From Syntrophales bacterium (lineage in GTDB: Bacteria; Desulfobacterota; Syntrophia; Syntrophales; UBA4778), in contig JAQTPK010000001.1 of NCBI GenBank assembly GCA_028712885.1, forward strand, positions 109,721 through 173,720: DNA of 64,000 nt, in the 5' to 3' direction. The stretch's first letter is position 1; the number at the start of each line of letters is the position of its first letter. A program made the translations under genes and the position numbers. Shown here in pieces: positions 40,549 through 50,744 of the stretch. The notes under the pieces were generated by a model. That model saw only the letters and a list, made by a program, of their open reading frames with translations. It ran no database searches and had not been told where the DNA came from.

Positions 40549-41895
40549 ATGGATCTGAGCGGGCGCAAGGTGCTGGTCATCGGACTGGGGAAGACGGGGA
40601 CGGCGTCCGTCCGCTTTCTCGCGGAGCACGGGGCGTCAGTCGCCGTCACGGACGAAAAGCCCGCCTCGGTCGGCGATGCCCTGAAATCCATGGCCGGCCA
40701 GGCCTCCGTGGAGGCCAGGGCGTACGGGGCGGAAGCGGTGGAGGGAATCGATCTGGTCGTCCCCTCGCCCGGCGTTCCTCCGTTCAGCCCGGTTCTGGCC
40801 GAAGCGGTCCGCCGGGGCGTGCCGGTCAGGAGCGAGATCGAGGTCGCATTCGGGTTCATCCGCCCTCCGTTGATAGCGATTACCGGCACCAACGGAAAAA
40901 CGACGGTAACCACGCTCGTCGGGAAAATACTGGAGCAAGGCGGGCTGCGGGTGTTCGTGGGCGGGAATATAGGCGAGCCGCTGATCGGATATGCGGGTGG
41001 GAGCCAGGGAGACGACATGGTAGTGGCGGAAATCAGCAGCTTCCAGCTCCAGTGGATCAGGGACTTCCGGCCCCGCGTCGCCGTTCTGCTGAACGTCACG
41101 TGCGATCACGTGGACTATCACGGCAGTTTTGAAGAGTACCGCCGCGCCAAGGAAAGAATTTTCGAAAACATGGGCGCCTCCGACCTGGCCGTATTAAACG
41201 CGGACGATGCGGAAACGGAAAAGCTTGCCCGCGCGCTTGGGACCCGCGTTCAGTGCTTCAGCACCGAACGGCGGCCGGCGCATGGAATGTTCCTGCAGGA
41301 CGGCATGCTGGTGAGGGCGGCGAAGGACGGCGAAGAGCGTTATCCGGCCGGTATGGTCCGGATTCCGGGCCGCCATAATATCGAGAACGTCATGGCGGCA
41401 GTTCTTGTCTGCCGCGACTGCGGGGCGACCCCGCAAACGGTCCTCTCGGCCGTTTCGGAGTTCCGGGGGCTGGCGCACCGCATCGAGTACGCGGGCGAGA
41501 AGAAAGGAGTGGCTTTCTACGACGATTCGAAAGGGACAAATGTCGGGGCGGTCGCGCGGGCGGTCGAGAGTTTTTCGCGGCCGTCCATTCTCCTCCTAGG
41601 AGGCAGGGACAAGGAAGGCGATTTCGAAACGCTCGCTCCGCTGATCAGGAAAAAAGTAAAGCGTCTGGTTCTGTTCGGCGAGGCGCGCCGCCTGATCAGG
41701 GATAAAATCGGCGGCATCGTGGAGACCGCCGAGGCCGCCACCCTGGGAGAGGCGGTAAAAGCAGCGTTCCGGGGAGCAGCGGCGGGGGACGTGGTCCTCC
41801 TCTCTCCCGGATGCGCCAGCTTCGACGAGTTCACCAGTTATTCGCAGCGGGGCGATTTTTTCAAAAAAGCGGTAAAGGAACTTCCGGATGACTGA
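40549..41895 (+). CDS. murD: UDP-MurNAc-L-Ala:D-Glu ligase
   Basis: GLGKTG, ITGTNGKTT, GGNIG, EISSFQL, DDSKGTN, LSPGCASFD; start at ATG 40549, not the 39436 ORF start. Confidence 0.95.
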   Translation: MDLSGRKVLVIGLGKTGTASVRFLAEHGASVAVTDEKPASVGDALKSMAGQASVEARAYGAEAVEGIDLVVPSPGVPPFSPVLAEAVRRGVPVRSEIEVAFGFIRPPLIAITGTNGKTTVTTLVGKILEQGGLRVFVGGNIGEPLIGYAGGSQGDDMVVAEISSFQLQWIRDFRPRVAVLLNVTCDHVDYHGSFEEYRRAKERIFENMGASDLAVLNADDAETEKLARALGTRVQCFSTERRPAHGMFLQDGMLVRAAKDGEERYPAGMVRIPGRHNIENVMAAVLVCRDCGATPQTVLSAVSEFRGLAHRIEYAGEKKGVAFYDDSKGTNVGAVARAVESFSRPSILLLGGRDKEGDFETLAPLIRKKVKRLVLFGEARRLIRDKIGGIVETAEAATLGEAVKAAFRGAAAGDVVLLSPGCASFDEFTSYSQRGDFFKKAVKELPDD

Positions 41896-43003
41896 TTCCC
41901 GGACAAAGGTAAAAACGGGCAGGACGGATTATCTCCTGCTTATCTCCACTCTCATCCTGGTTGTGTTCGGGACGGTTATGATCTACAGCTCGAGCTCGAT
42001 CGTGGCCGCGATGGGGAAGTCCCAGGACGGATACTTCTTTCTCAAGAAGCAGATATTTTTCTTCCTGACGGGGCTCGGGGTCATGATCCTCCTCTCGAGG
42101 GTTCCTTATGCTTATCTGAGACGGACGGCGTATTGGGGCATGGCCGCGTCTTTTGTTCTCCTGCTCCTGCTTTTCATCCCTCCGCTTGGAGTCAAGGTGG
42201 GAGGAGCGACGCGCTGGCTCAGGCTCGGGTTCTTTTCCTTTCAGGTAACCGAATTCGTGAAGATCGCCCTGATTGTTTTCCTCGCCCATTTTCTCGCGAA
42301 GAACCATAACCGGGTGGAGGACATCAAGGAAGGGCTCGCGGTCCCGCTTGTTGTTACCGGGCTGGTCATCGGCCTGGTGGTGCTTCAGCCGGATTTCGGG
42401 ACGGCGGTTATCATCGCCCTTGTCCTCACCGGAATGCTTTTCCTGGCGGGCGGCCGCATCCTGCATCTGTCCTCTCTGGCCGGGTTTTTCGTTCCGATCG
42501 GGATTTACCTGGTCACGGCCAAGCAGTACCGCCTGCAGAGAGTGCTTCGCTTTTTCGATCCGTGGAGCGACGCCCAGGGGTCCGGCTTCCAGATCATCCA
42601 GTCCTTTATTTCTTTCGGATCAGGCGGGACCTTCGGAGTGGGCCTCGGCGACGGAATGCAGAAACTTTTTTACCTCCCCGAGCCGCATACGGATTTCATC
42701 CTGTCGGTTATCGCGGAGGAAAGCGGCTTCATCGGCGTGGCGTTCGTGATCATTCTGTTTCTTGTATTTGCCCTGAGGGGAATGCTGATCTCCTTGAGGG
42801 CCCCCGATCTTTTCGGGACGCTGCTGGCTGGAGGGCTTACCATCCTGATCGCGACGGAAGCTCTGATCAACATCGCAGTCGTAATGGCCCTGGTTCCGAC
42901 CAAGGGGCTTGTGCTTCCATTTCTCAGTTACGGAGGCTCTTCGCTGATCATGAGCCTGGCGGCGGTGGGCATCCTGCTGAACGTTTCTTCGGCGGAGAAG
43001 TGA
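41888..43003 (+). CDS. ftsW: SEDS peptidoglycan polymerase FtsW
   Basis: GATRW, QPDFGT, FQIIQS, LPEPHTDFI, LPFLSYGGSS. Confidence 0.96.
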   Translation: MTDSRTKVKTGRTDYLLLISTLILVVFGTVMIYSSSSIVAAMGKSQDGYFFLKKQIFFFLTGLGVMILLSRVPYAYLRRTAYWGMAASFVLLLLLFIPPLGVKVGGATRWLRLGFFSFQVTEFVKIALIVFLAHFLAKNHNRVEDIKEGLAVPLVVTGLVIGLVVLQPDFGTAVIIALVLTGMLFLAGGRILHLSSLAGFFVPIGIYLVTAKQYRLQRVLRFFDPWSDAQGSGFQIIQSFISFGSGGTFGVGLGDGMQKLFYLPEPHTDFILSVIAEESGFIGVAFVIILFLVFALRGMLISLRAPDLFGTLLAGGLTILIATEALINIAVVMALVPTKGLVLPFLSYGGSSLIMSLAAVGILLNVSSAEK

Positions 43004-43011
43004 GGACGTGG

Positions 43012-44085
43012 ATGAGAATGGTCATAGCCGGAGGGGGAACGGGCGGGCATCTGTTCCCCGGTATCGCCATCGCGGAGGAATTTCTCCGGAGAAGTCCGGA
43101 CTCCGAGGTCCTGTTCGTGGGAACTGCGAGGGGGCTGGAATACAGGGTGATTCCCCAGGCGGGCTACCGGCTGGAGCTCATTGAAATAGAGGGAATGAAA
43201 GGCAAGGGATGGAAGGCGCTGAAGGCCGTTTTCAAAATCCCGCAGAGCCTTCTCCAGGCGGGAAGGATTCTGAAAGGGTTCCGGCCGGGAATAGTGGTCG
43301 GGGTCGGCGGATACGCTTCCGGTCCGGCCGTGCTGGCGGCCGCGATGATGGGAATACCGATCGCCATCACGGAGCAGAACGCCCTTCCGGGAATTACCAA
43401 CCGGCTGCTCGGGCGTTTTGCAGACCGCATTTTCCTGAGCTTTGCGGAATCGGCGCGGTGGTTTCCCGCGGACAGGGTCGCTGTTACCGGGAATCCGATC
43501 CGGGCGGGGCTGCGCGAATGCCCTCGGCCTGAAGGGAACGGCAGGAAGTTCACCCTGCTTGTATTCGGGGGAAGCCAGGGCGCCAGGGGGATAAACAGGG
43601 CGATGGCCGGAGCGCTTGCGATGCTGAAGCAGTCGGGAGAGGAACTGAAGATAGTGCACCAGACGGGACAGGCGGACCTGGAATGGATGACGGGCGTCTA
43701 CAGGGAAAGCGGAATCGAAGCGGACGTCCTTCCGTTCATCTCGGACATGGCTTCGGCGTACCGGGAAGCGGATCTCGTCCTGTGCAGGGCCGGCGCAACC
43801 TCGATCGCGGAAATTACGGCCTGCGGGAAGGCGGCCGTGTTCATACCCTTTCCCCATGCGGTCAACGACCACCAGATGAAAAACGCGGAGGTCCTCCGGA
43901 GCGCGGGGGCGGCGGAACTGCTGCCGGAAAAGGATCTGCAGGCGGAGCGCCTGGCGGAGCTCATTATCGCGCTGATCCGCGATCCCTCCTGGATACGGCG
44001 CATGGAAGAGAAATCGGCGGCGCTCGGGAATCCCCGGGCGGCGCAGGAGGTAGTTGACGGGTGTCTGGAGTTGGCGAAAAAGTAA
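43012..44085 (+). CDS. murG: Lipid II N-acetylglucosaminyltransferase
   Basis: GGGTGGHLFP, GGY.S.P, EQN, GGSQGA, RAGATS.AE, DHQ..NA. Confidence 0.96.
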   Translation: MRMVIAGGGTGGHLFPGIAIAEEFLRRSPDSEVLFVGTARGLEYRVIPQAGYRLELIEIEGMKGKGWKALKAVFKIPQSLLQAGRILKGFRPGIVVGVGGYASGPAVLAAAMMGIPIAITEQNALPGITNRLLGRFADRIFLSFAESARWFPADRVAVTGNPIRAGLRECPRPEGNGRKFTLLVFGGSQGARGINRAMAGALAMLKQSGEELKIVHQTGQADLEWMTGVYRESGIEADVLPFISDMASAYREADLVLCRAGATSIAEITACGKAAVFIPFPHAVNDHQMKNAEVLRSAGAAELLPEKDLQAERLAELIIALIRDPSWIRRMEEKSAALGNPRAAQEVVDGCLELAKK

Positions 44086-44130
44086 AAGGTGAAGGTGAAA
44101 AGAAAAGGAGTGACAGGAAGGAAGCAGAAA

Positions 44131-44259
44131 GCGAGAAGTGAAAGGCGGCATTAACCGAAATCAAAAAGGAGTCAAGGGGAGAGTAAACCAATAATAAATC
44201 AACTGACAGGAAATGCAGGAGAATAAACAGGACCTTCGTTGCCGCTTTTCACTTTTCGC
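44131..44259. repeat. Imperfect inverted repeat (20-bp arms) in the murG-murC spacer
   Basis: GCGAGAAGTGAAAGGCGGCA / TGCCGCTTTTCACTTTTCGC, 18/20; both mismatches are G-U pairs on the + strand. Confidence 0.65.
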
Positions 44260-44294
44260 CGTTTACTTGCTCGTGTGAGTTCTGATGGATTGAA

Positions 44295-44538
44295 GGCATT
44301 GGGCGTCAGGCGTTGAGCGTTGGGATCAGGCGTCCCCGGTAGGCGGGTTCTTTCAACAACAGAAATCAGGAAGCGGGCTTGCCGGTTGCCGGAAGCCCAA
44401 TCAGGCATTTCAGGCGGCATGGGAGTCGAGTAGAGCGTAATCCGAAAAACGAGCTGAAAATACGGAAGAGAAAACAAACATTTAACAGGCTTGAAGTTCG
44501 GGCGCTTTCCCAACGCCCAACGCCTAAAGCCCAATGCC
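44295..44538. repeat. Heptamer-periodic inverted repeat (31-bp arms)
   Basis: GGCATTGGGCGTCAGGCGTTGAGCGTTGGGA / TCCCAACGCCCAACGCCTAAAGCCCAATGCC, 28/31. Confidence 0.75.
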
Positions 44539-44552
44539 CTTTTGGAGCTCTG

Positions 44553-45968
44553 ATGGACGAAAACAGAAAAAGAGATTTGATGAAAAGGAAGGTCAAGTCG
44601 ATCCACTTTGTCGGGATCGGCGGGATCGGAATGAGCGGAATCGCCGAGGTGCTCCTGAATCTCGGATACCGGATCAGCGGGTCGGACCAGAACGAATCGG
44701 ATATAACCGTGCGCCTGACCGGCCTCGGCGCCCGCGTCTGCTACGGGCACAGTGCATCGCATCTTATCCATGCCGACGTCGTCGTGACCTCCACGGCGAT
44801 CAAACCCGACAATCCCGAAGTGGTCGCGGCGCACGAGAGAGGCATACCGGTCATCCCCCGGGCGGAGATGCTCGCCGAGCTCCTGAAGATGAAGTTTTCT
44901 ATCGCGGTTTCGGGGATGCACGGCAAAACCACCACCACGTCCATGGTTTCAACTGTTCTTGCCAACGGAGGCCTCGACCCCACGATGGTCATCGGAGGGA
45001 AACTGGCGAGCATCGGGAGCAACGCCCGCCTCGGAAACGGGGAGGTAATTGTCGCCGAAGCGGACGAGAGCGACGGGTCGTTTCTCAAGCTGAGCCCGTC
45101 GATCGCCGTGATAACGAACATCGACCGGGAGCATATGGATTATTACCGCGACCTTGACCACATCAAGGATTCTTTTCTCCAGTTCGCCAATATCGTCCCC
45201 TTCTACGGATCGACCATTCTCTGCCTGGACGACCCGAACGTACGCGAGATACTGCCCCGGATCAAGCGAAGGATCATCAGCTACGGCGTGGAACAGCCGG
45301 CCGACTATCAGGCGCATCATATCAGCTTTTCCGGCAAGTCGTCCCGCTACGAACTCTCTTACAAGGGAAGCGGGCTGGGCGAGATCACGCTCAACGTTCC
45401 CGGGCTGTTCAACGTTTACAACTCCATGGCCGCGATCGCCGTTGGGCGCGAACTGGATATGTCCTTTGCCGATACCGTGGAGGGTATCAAGTCTTTTACC
45501 GGAGTCGACCGCCGGCTGGAGGTCAAGGGAAATAAAAACGGTGTCACCGTCGTGGACGATTACGGGCACCATCCGACCGAAATCCGCGCCACGCTGGCGG
45601 CTGCCAGGCAGGTCTGGAACGGCAGGCTGATCGTCGTCTTCCAGCCGCACCGTTATACCCGGACGAAGGCGCTGTATGAGGAATTCCTCGGCGCCTTCCC
45701 CGACGCCGACGTTCTGATCATCACGGATATTTATGCCGCGAGCGAACCGGAGATCAAGGGGATTCATGGATCCCGCCTGTGCAGCGGCATCGTCGAAGCG
45801 GGCCACCCCAATGCGGTCTATATCTCCGGGTTCGACGATATAGTTAACTATCTTTCGGATGTGGCGCGCCCCGGGGACGTGATCATCACCCAGGGCGCGG
45901 GCAGCGTCTGGAAAGTCGGGATGAGTTTCCTGGCCGCGGAGCCGGAAAAAATCAAGGCGCGCGGGTAG
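44553..45968 (+). CDS. murC: UDP-MurNAc:L-Ala ligase
   Basis: HFVGIGGIGMSG, HGKTTTT, EADESD, DDYGHHPTE, FQPHRYTRT; start ATG 44553 (alternative 44580). Confidence 0.95.
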   Translation: MDENRKRDLMKRKVKSIHFVGIGGIGMSGIAEVLLNLGYRISGSDQNESDITVRLTGLGARVCYGHSASHLIHADVVVTSTAIKPDNPEVVAAHERGIPVIPRAEMLAELLKMKFSIAVSGMHGKTTTTSMVSTVLANGGLDPTMVIGGKLASIGSNARLGNGEVIVAEADESDGSFLKLSPSIAVITNIDREHMDYYRDLDHIKDSFLQFANIVPFYGSTILCLDDPNVREILPRIKRRIISYGVEQPADYQAHHISFSGKSSRYELSYKGSGLGEITLNVPGLFNVYNSMAAIAVGRELDMSFADTVEGIKSFTGVDRRLEVKGNKNGVTVVDDYGHHPTEIRATLAAARQVWNGRLIVVFQPHRYTRTKALYEEFLGAFPDADVLIITDIYAASEPEIKGIHGSRLCSGIVEAGHPNAVYISGFDDIVNYLSDVARPGDVIITQGAGSVWKVGMSFLAAEPEKIKARG

Positions 45969-45979
45969 CGGAGGTCCGG

Positions 45980-46903
45980 ATGATTCCGGCGGTTATGCAG
46001 GCTGAGCTTAAAAGTATCTGGGGGGACCGGGTGCTCTTCAATGAGCCGATGGAGCGGCACACGTCGATGGGGGTCGGCGGGTCCGCAGACGCCTTGATCT
46101 TCCCGCAGACCCTTCGAGACCTCCGCGAGGTTATAGATTTCATGCGGTCCCGGGAAGTTCCCTATCTTCCGCTCGGGAACGGGACAAACCTGATCGTCAG
46201 GGACGGCGGGTATCGCGGGGTTATCATATCCCTGGAGCGGATGAACGGGTTCCGTTTTCGCGACGAGGAGCGGAACGCCTTCATGATAACCGCCGAAGCC
46301 GGGTTCGATCTCGCGGAGCTGGTGAAAAAAGCGGCCGAGGCTTCCCTGGCCGGAGTGGAATTCCTGGCGGGAATCCCGGGGACGCTGGGCGGGGCGATCC
46401 GGATGAATGCGGGAGCATACGGCCATGAAATTTCCGAAATCGTCCGCACGATATACCTCGTAAACGGAAAGGCCGATCTGGTCACGCTGGGAAGGGGAGA
46501 TTTGCGTTTCCGCTACCGGGGGCTGGATCTGCCTTCCGGCTCCGTGATCGCCGGAGCGGACCTGGAGCTCCGGAGAGACTCGGAAAAAGATATCCGCAGG
46601 AGGATGGAAGGGATACTGGAGCAGAGGAAGAGGAAGCATCCCTTGGGCATCCGGAGCGCAGGCTCAATATTCAAGAACCCGCCCGGAATGCCGGCGGGCA
46701 GAATAATAGAAGAGACCGGTCTGAAGGGCATGCGGATAGGCGGGGCGCAGATTTCGGAAATGCACGGCAATTTTATCGTGAATCTCGGAACGGCGCGCGC
46801 CGCGGACATCTTGTCCGTAATGGAAACCGTACGGAAAAAAGTGCTCGAGGCGAAGGGGATTCTGCTCGAGCCTGAAGTTGAAGTAGTGGGAGAAGCCGAG
46901 TGA
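45980..46903 (+). CDS. murB: UDP-N-acetylenolpyruvoylglucosamine reductase
   Basis: G.GTNL, GIPGTLGGAIRMNAGAYG, SAGSIFKNP, HGNFIVN, LEPEV. Confidence 0.95.
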   Translation: MIPAVMQAELKSIWGDRVLFNEPMERHTSMGVGGSADALIFPQTLRDLREVIDFMRSREVPYLPLGNGTNLIVRDGGYRGVIISLERMNGFRFRDEERNAFMITAEAGFDLAELVKKAAEASLAGVEFLAGIPGTLGGAIRMNAGAYGHEISEIVRTIYLVNGKADLVTLGRGDLRFRYRGLDLPSGSVIAGADLELRRDSEKDIRRRMEGILEQRKRKHPLGIRSAGSIFKNPPGMPAGRIIEETGLKGMRIGGAQISEMHGNFIVNLGTARAADILSVMETVRKKVLEAKGILLEPEVEVVGEAE

Positions 46904-47733
46904 GGAAGAGTTTCCGCACTGCATGGGAGACAAGAAAAAAGCGCTGGAAGCGGCATTCCGGCACGGTGATGCGGGAGATAGCGGCCGGGCTGGCGACAGC
47001 GGCCGTAGCGGGCGTCATTGCCGCTTTAATGATCTTCTCCTACGGCTTCCTCCTGAACGCCCCCGTTCTGCGCATGGAGAAAACCGTGGTGGAAGGGTGC
47101 CGGAAAGTATCGGAGGATGAGGTGAGGAGGCTCGCGGGCATCTCCCCCGAGCAGAGCCTTCTCGTTGTTAACACGGGCAGCGTGGAGAAGAAGATCTTGG
47201 CCAATCCGTGGATTGAAAAGGCGAGGGTATCCACAGAGTGGCCGGACCGGCTGGTCATCAAGGTTACGGAAAGGAAAGCGGTGGCGCTGATCCGGAGGGA
47301 GAGCACCCTTTTCTTCCTGGACCGGGAAGGTAACGTATTCAAGAAGCTGGATCCTGACGAGAAGGCGGAGATGCCCATCCTGACCGGATTCTTCGACCGC
47401 GGCCTAGAGGACAAGGATCTGATCCTGAAAGCGATTCGTTTGCTGGATTTTCTGGCGCTGCAGGAGGGCTTCCCGCGGCTGGAGAAGGTTTCCGAAATAC
47501 AGGGCGATCCCAGTTTCGGTTTCACCCTTCTCCTGGACAACGGGTTGTGTATCCAGATCGGATTTGAACCGTATGAGCGAAAGCTGAGCATGCTCAGGCC
47601 GGTTCTCGTCGATCTGTCGAGAAAATACCCGGAAGCCTTCCTGAATATTGACGCCAAGAATCCGGAGAAGATGACGGTACAGAAGCGGAGGGCGCCGGTG
47701 TTTCCGAAGTTCGCAAAAGGATACAGGACCTGA
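46900..47733 (+). CDS. ftsQ: Cell division protein FtsQ/DivIB
   Basis: TM, POTRA-like region, PWI..A.V..WPD.L.I.V.ER; position before ftsA. Confidence 0.88.
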   Translation: MRKSFRTAWETRKKRWKRHSGTVMREIAAGLATAAVAGVIAALMIFSYGFLLNAPVLRMEKTVVEGCRKVSEDEVRRLAGISPEQSLLVVNTGSVEKKILANPWIEKARVSTEWPDRLVIKVTERKAVALIRRESTLFFLDREGNVFKKLDPDEKAEMPILTGFFDRGLEDKDLILKAIRLLDFLALQEGFPRLEKVSEIQGDPSFGFTLLLDNGLCIQIGFEPYERKLSMLRPVLVDLSRKYPEAFLNIDAKNPEKMTVQKRRAPVFPKFAKGYRT

Positions 47734-47760
47734 CATTTTTAAAGCAAAGGCGGTGGATGG

Positions 47761-48993
47761 ATGGGAAGAAAGGGCCAATTGATTGTCGCGCTGGACATTG
47801 GGACGACGAAGATTTGCGTAATCATCGGGGAGGCATCTGAATCCGGGATCGACATAGTCGGGCTCGGATCGCATCCGTCTGAAGGGCTGCGCAAGGGAGT
47901 CGTCGTGAACATAGACAGCACCATGGAATCCATCCGCAAGGCGATCGAGGAAGCGGAGCTCATGTCCGGCTGCCGGATCAAATCCGTTTTCACGGGGATC
48001 TCCGGCGGGCACGTCAAGAGCTTCAACAGCTACGGAATCGTCGCCGTGCGCGGAAGCGAAGTTGACGAGATGGACGTCAAGCGGGCCATTGAGGCCGCCA
48101 AGGCGATAGCCATTCCGCTTGACCGCGAAGTTCTCCATACGCTTCCGCAGTACTACCTTGTGGACGATCAGGACGGGGTCAAGGACCCGATCGGGATGTC
48201 GGGAGTGCGCCTTGAGGTCAAGGTACACATCATCACCGGCGCGGTAACCTCTATTCAGAATATCATAAAATCGGTCAACGGGGTTGGGCTCGATATAAAC
48301 GAGATCATCCTCGAATCGCTTGCAGCCAGCGATGCGGTTCTGAGTCCGGACGAGAGGGACCTGGGAGTTGCGCTTGTTGATATCGGGGGCGGAACGACCG
48401 ACGTGGCGGTCTTTTCGGAAGGAAGCATCAAGCATACGGCGGTGCTGCCCCTCGGCGGCAGCTATGTGACAAACGATATCGCGGTGGGCTTGAGGACCCC
48501 TATGGCGGAAGCGGAGAGGGTCAAGATAAAATTCGGATGCGCGTATACGCCGATGATCCCGCAGGATGAGATGATTGAAGTGCCGAGCGTGGGCGGGCGC
48601 GAGCCGAGGCGGATATCAAGGCAGGTGCTGGGAGGTATCATAGAGCCCCGCATGGACGAGATTTTGAATCTCGTCTGCCGGGAAATCGTGAAGTCGGGAT
48701 ACGAGGAAAGGCTTGCCGCCGGCATAGTCCTGACCGGCGGCACGGCTCTGCTCGAAGGAGTGGCGGAGCTGTCCGAGCGTATTTTCAATATGCCGGTCCG
48801 AAGGGGAATTCCGCTTGGGGTAGGCGGGCTGACGGAAGTCGTAAAAAGCCCTCTTTACGCCACCGGCGTCGGGCTTCTGTTCCATGGAAGCAGGATCCAG
48901 TCCGGCGGGGGGAGCGCGTACAGGAAAAGCGAGGGGAATCTGTTCGGGGGAATGATTCGGAAAATCTCAAGGTGGTCGAAGGAATTATTCTGA
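47761..48993 (+). CDS. ftsA: Cell division protein FtsA
   Basis: LDIGTTK, PIGMSGVRLE, VDIGGGTTD, LTGG, YATGVGLL, C-terminal amphipathic helix. Confidence 0.97.
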   Translation: MGRKGQLIVALDIGTTKICVIIGEASESGIDIVGLGSHPSEGLRKGVVVNIDSTMESIRKAIEEAELMSGCRIKSVFTGISGGHVKSFNSYGIVAVRGSEVDEMDVKRAIEAAKAIAIPLDREVLHTLPQYYLVDDQDGVKDPIGMSGVRLEVKVHIITGAVTSIQNIIKSVNGVGLDINEIILESLAASDAVLSPDERDLGVALVDIGGGTTDVAVFSEGSIKHTAVLPLGGSYVTNDIAVGLRTPMAEAERVKIKFGCAYTPMIPQDEMIEVPSVGGREPRRISRQVLGGIIEPRMDEILNLVCREIVKSGYEERLAAGIVLTGGTALLEGVAELSERIFNMPVRRGIPLGVGGLTEVVKSPLYATGVGLLFHGSRIQSGGGSAYRKSEGNLFGGMIRKISRWSKELF

Positions 48994-49008
48994 AGGGAGG
49001 GACTTCCA

Positions 49009-50154
49009 ATGTTTGAGTTGTATGAGGAAGGAGCCGACAAGTCGGCAAGGATCAAAGTGATCGGCGTAGGGGGAGGCGGCAATAATGCCGTTAATACGAT
49101 GATCACTTACAACCTTTGCGGCGTGGATTTCATTGCGGCAAATACGGACGCGCAGGCACTGAAGACCTCCCTGGCGCCCCTCAAAATTCAGCTCGGAGCC
49201 GAGATGACCAAGGGCCTCGGGGCCGGGTCCGATCCCGAGGTCGGAAAGAAATCCGCAATCGAGTCAAAGGATGCGATTGCGGCGACTCTCGAGTCGGCGG
49301 ACATGGTTTTTGTCACGGCCGGGCTGGGAGGAGGGACGGGAACAGGCGGCGCTCCGATCGTGGCCCAGATCGCAAAAGAAATGGGGGCGCTCACGGTCGC
49401 AGTGGCGACGAAGCCGTTTCAGTTCGAAGGCAAGAGAAGGGAAAGACAGGCCGAGAACGGGATAGAGGAATTGCGGGAGATAGTTGACACCCTGATCGTG
49501 ATTCCGAACCAGAGGCTTCTGAGCCTGGGCGGGCGCAACATGTCGCTCGTGGAAGCATTCAAGAAAGCCGACGACATCCTTCATCAGGCGGTCAGGGGGA
49601 TTTCCGACCTGATCATCATCCCGGGGCTGATCAATCTAGATTTTGCGGATGTGCGCCATATCATGTCCGAGATGGGCCTTGCCCTGATGGGCACCGGCGT
49701 AGCCCGCGGCGAGAACCGGGCCGTCGAGGCGGCCCAGCGGGCGATCTCGTCGCCTCTGCTGGAAGACAATTCCATCCAGGGGGCGCGGGGAGTTCTCCTT
49801 AACATAACCGGCGGACCTGACATGACCCTGTACGAGATCAATGAGGCTTCTTCGCTGATACAGGCGGAGGCGCATGAGGAGGCCAACATAATCTTCGGGA
49901 CAGTGATCGATGAAAACATGCAGGACGAGATCCGGATCACCGTGATAGCAACCGGTTTCGAAGAGAGCGGCAAGAAAAGCAGGATGGCCAATATTTCGCA
50001 TCTGAGCAACTACAAAAAAGAGGACCTCTCGACTCCGGCCTTTATCCGTAAAGGCAAATCGGAAAATCAGACAGTAATTAAAATGGGAATTATAGACGAT
50101 TGCGAGGACACCGATTTCGAAGTCCCTACCTTCCTGAGGAGGCAGGCGGACTGA
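49009..50154 (+). CDS. ftsZ: Cell division protein FtsZ
   Basis: GVGGGG.NA, GGGTGTG, INLDFAD, C-terminal VPTFLRRQ. Confidence 0.98.
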   Translation: MFELYEEGADKSARIKVIGVGGGGNNAVNTMITYNLCGVDFIAANTDAQALKTSLAPLKIQLGAEMTKGLGAGSDPEVGKKSAIESKDAIAATLESADMVFVTAGLGGGTGTGGAPIVAQIAKEMGALTVAVATKPFQFEGKRRERQAENGIEELREIVDTLIVIPNQRLLSLGGRNMSLVEAFKKADDILHQAVRGISDLIIIPGLINLDFADVRHIMSEMGLALMGTGVARGENRAVEAAQRAISSPLLEDNSIQGARGVLLNITGGPDMTLYEINEASSLIQAEAHEEANIIFGTVIDENMQDEIRITVIATGFEESGKKSRMANISHLSNYKKEDLSTPAFIRKGKSENQTVIKMGIIDDCEDTDFEVPTFLRRQAD

Positions 50155-50169
50155 AAGAGACCCCTGAAT

Positions 50170-50205
50170 CCGGCAGCAAGCGCATTCCCCGCGGCTTGCT
50201 GCCGG
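50170..50205. repeat. Perfect 12-bp-stem hairpin just downstream of ftsZ (REP-like)
   Basis: CCGGCAGCAAGC-N12-GCTTGCTGCCGG. Confidence 0.55.
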
Positions 50206-50296
50206 TAAGCGAGAGAATCATGCTTAAGAATATCCCTTGAGAACCCGGAGATCCGGAGCCGCCCCGGAGGATCTTCAATTCCGTTTTGTCCCCACG

Positions 50297-50325
50297 CAAA
50301 AAACCCCGCTTGCCGGGGTTTTTTG
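50297..50325. terminator. Rho-independent (bidirectional-type) terminator of the dcw operon
   Basis: CAAAAAACCCCG-CTTGC-CGGGGTTTTTTG. Confidence 0.8.
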
Positions 50326-50591
50326 TTTCAGCCTGAGCCGGGACGCATCAATTTCACTCCTCTCCTGCGCCTTCTCTCCCCTGCCGGGTCTCCGGCGGCA
50401 ATGCGAAAAATTCGGACTTTTCCATCATCAATTGAGGTATCGGGGATGAACTGCGGACGGCTGCACGCCGGTCCAATGGGCGGGAGGCCGCCGGGGCCGC
50501 TGATGTAAGTGCTCTAATCTGATGTTGTTTTATCAGTTCAGGTACGAAGGAGACCTCATGTCTGGTACCTGGAGACCGAGGGATTTTTGTC

Positions 50592-50607
50592 AGGCATATT
50601 TATTGCT
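50592..50607 (+). promoter_or_regulatory. sigma54 -24/-12 promoter
   Basis: AGGCATATTTATTGCT (GG-N10-GC) upstream of the 50745 ORF. Confidence 0.6.
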
Positions 50608-50744
50608 TAATATTACAGTAATCCTGCCGATAATATACCTGAGGAGGAATCAGTTCTAAGAACCGGTCATTAGAGATGGGTTCAGATAAAGGCCTGATGC
50701 TTTACGTCTTGAATCTTAGGCTCTTTTATCGAAAGGAACCGCCC

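Noticed and set aside
42562-43011. Upstream extension of the murG ORF (similarly murC from 44379 and the CgeB gene from 14418)
   Set aside because: These overlap a real gene or repeat DNA; conserved domains start at the downstream start codons
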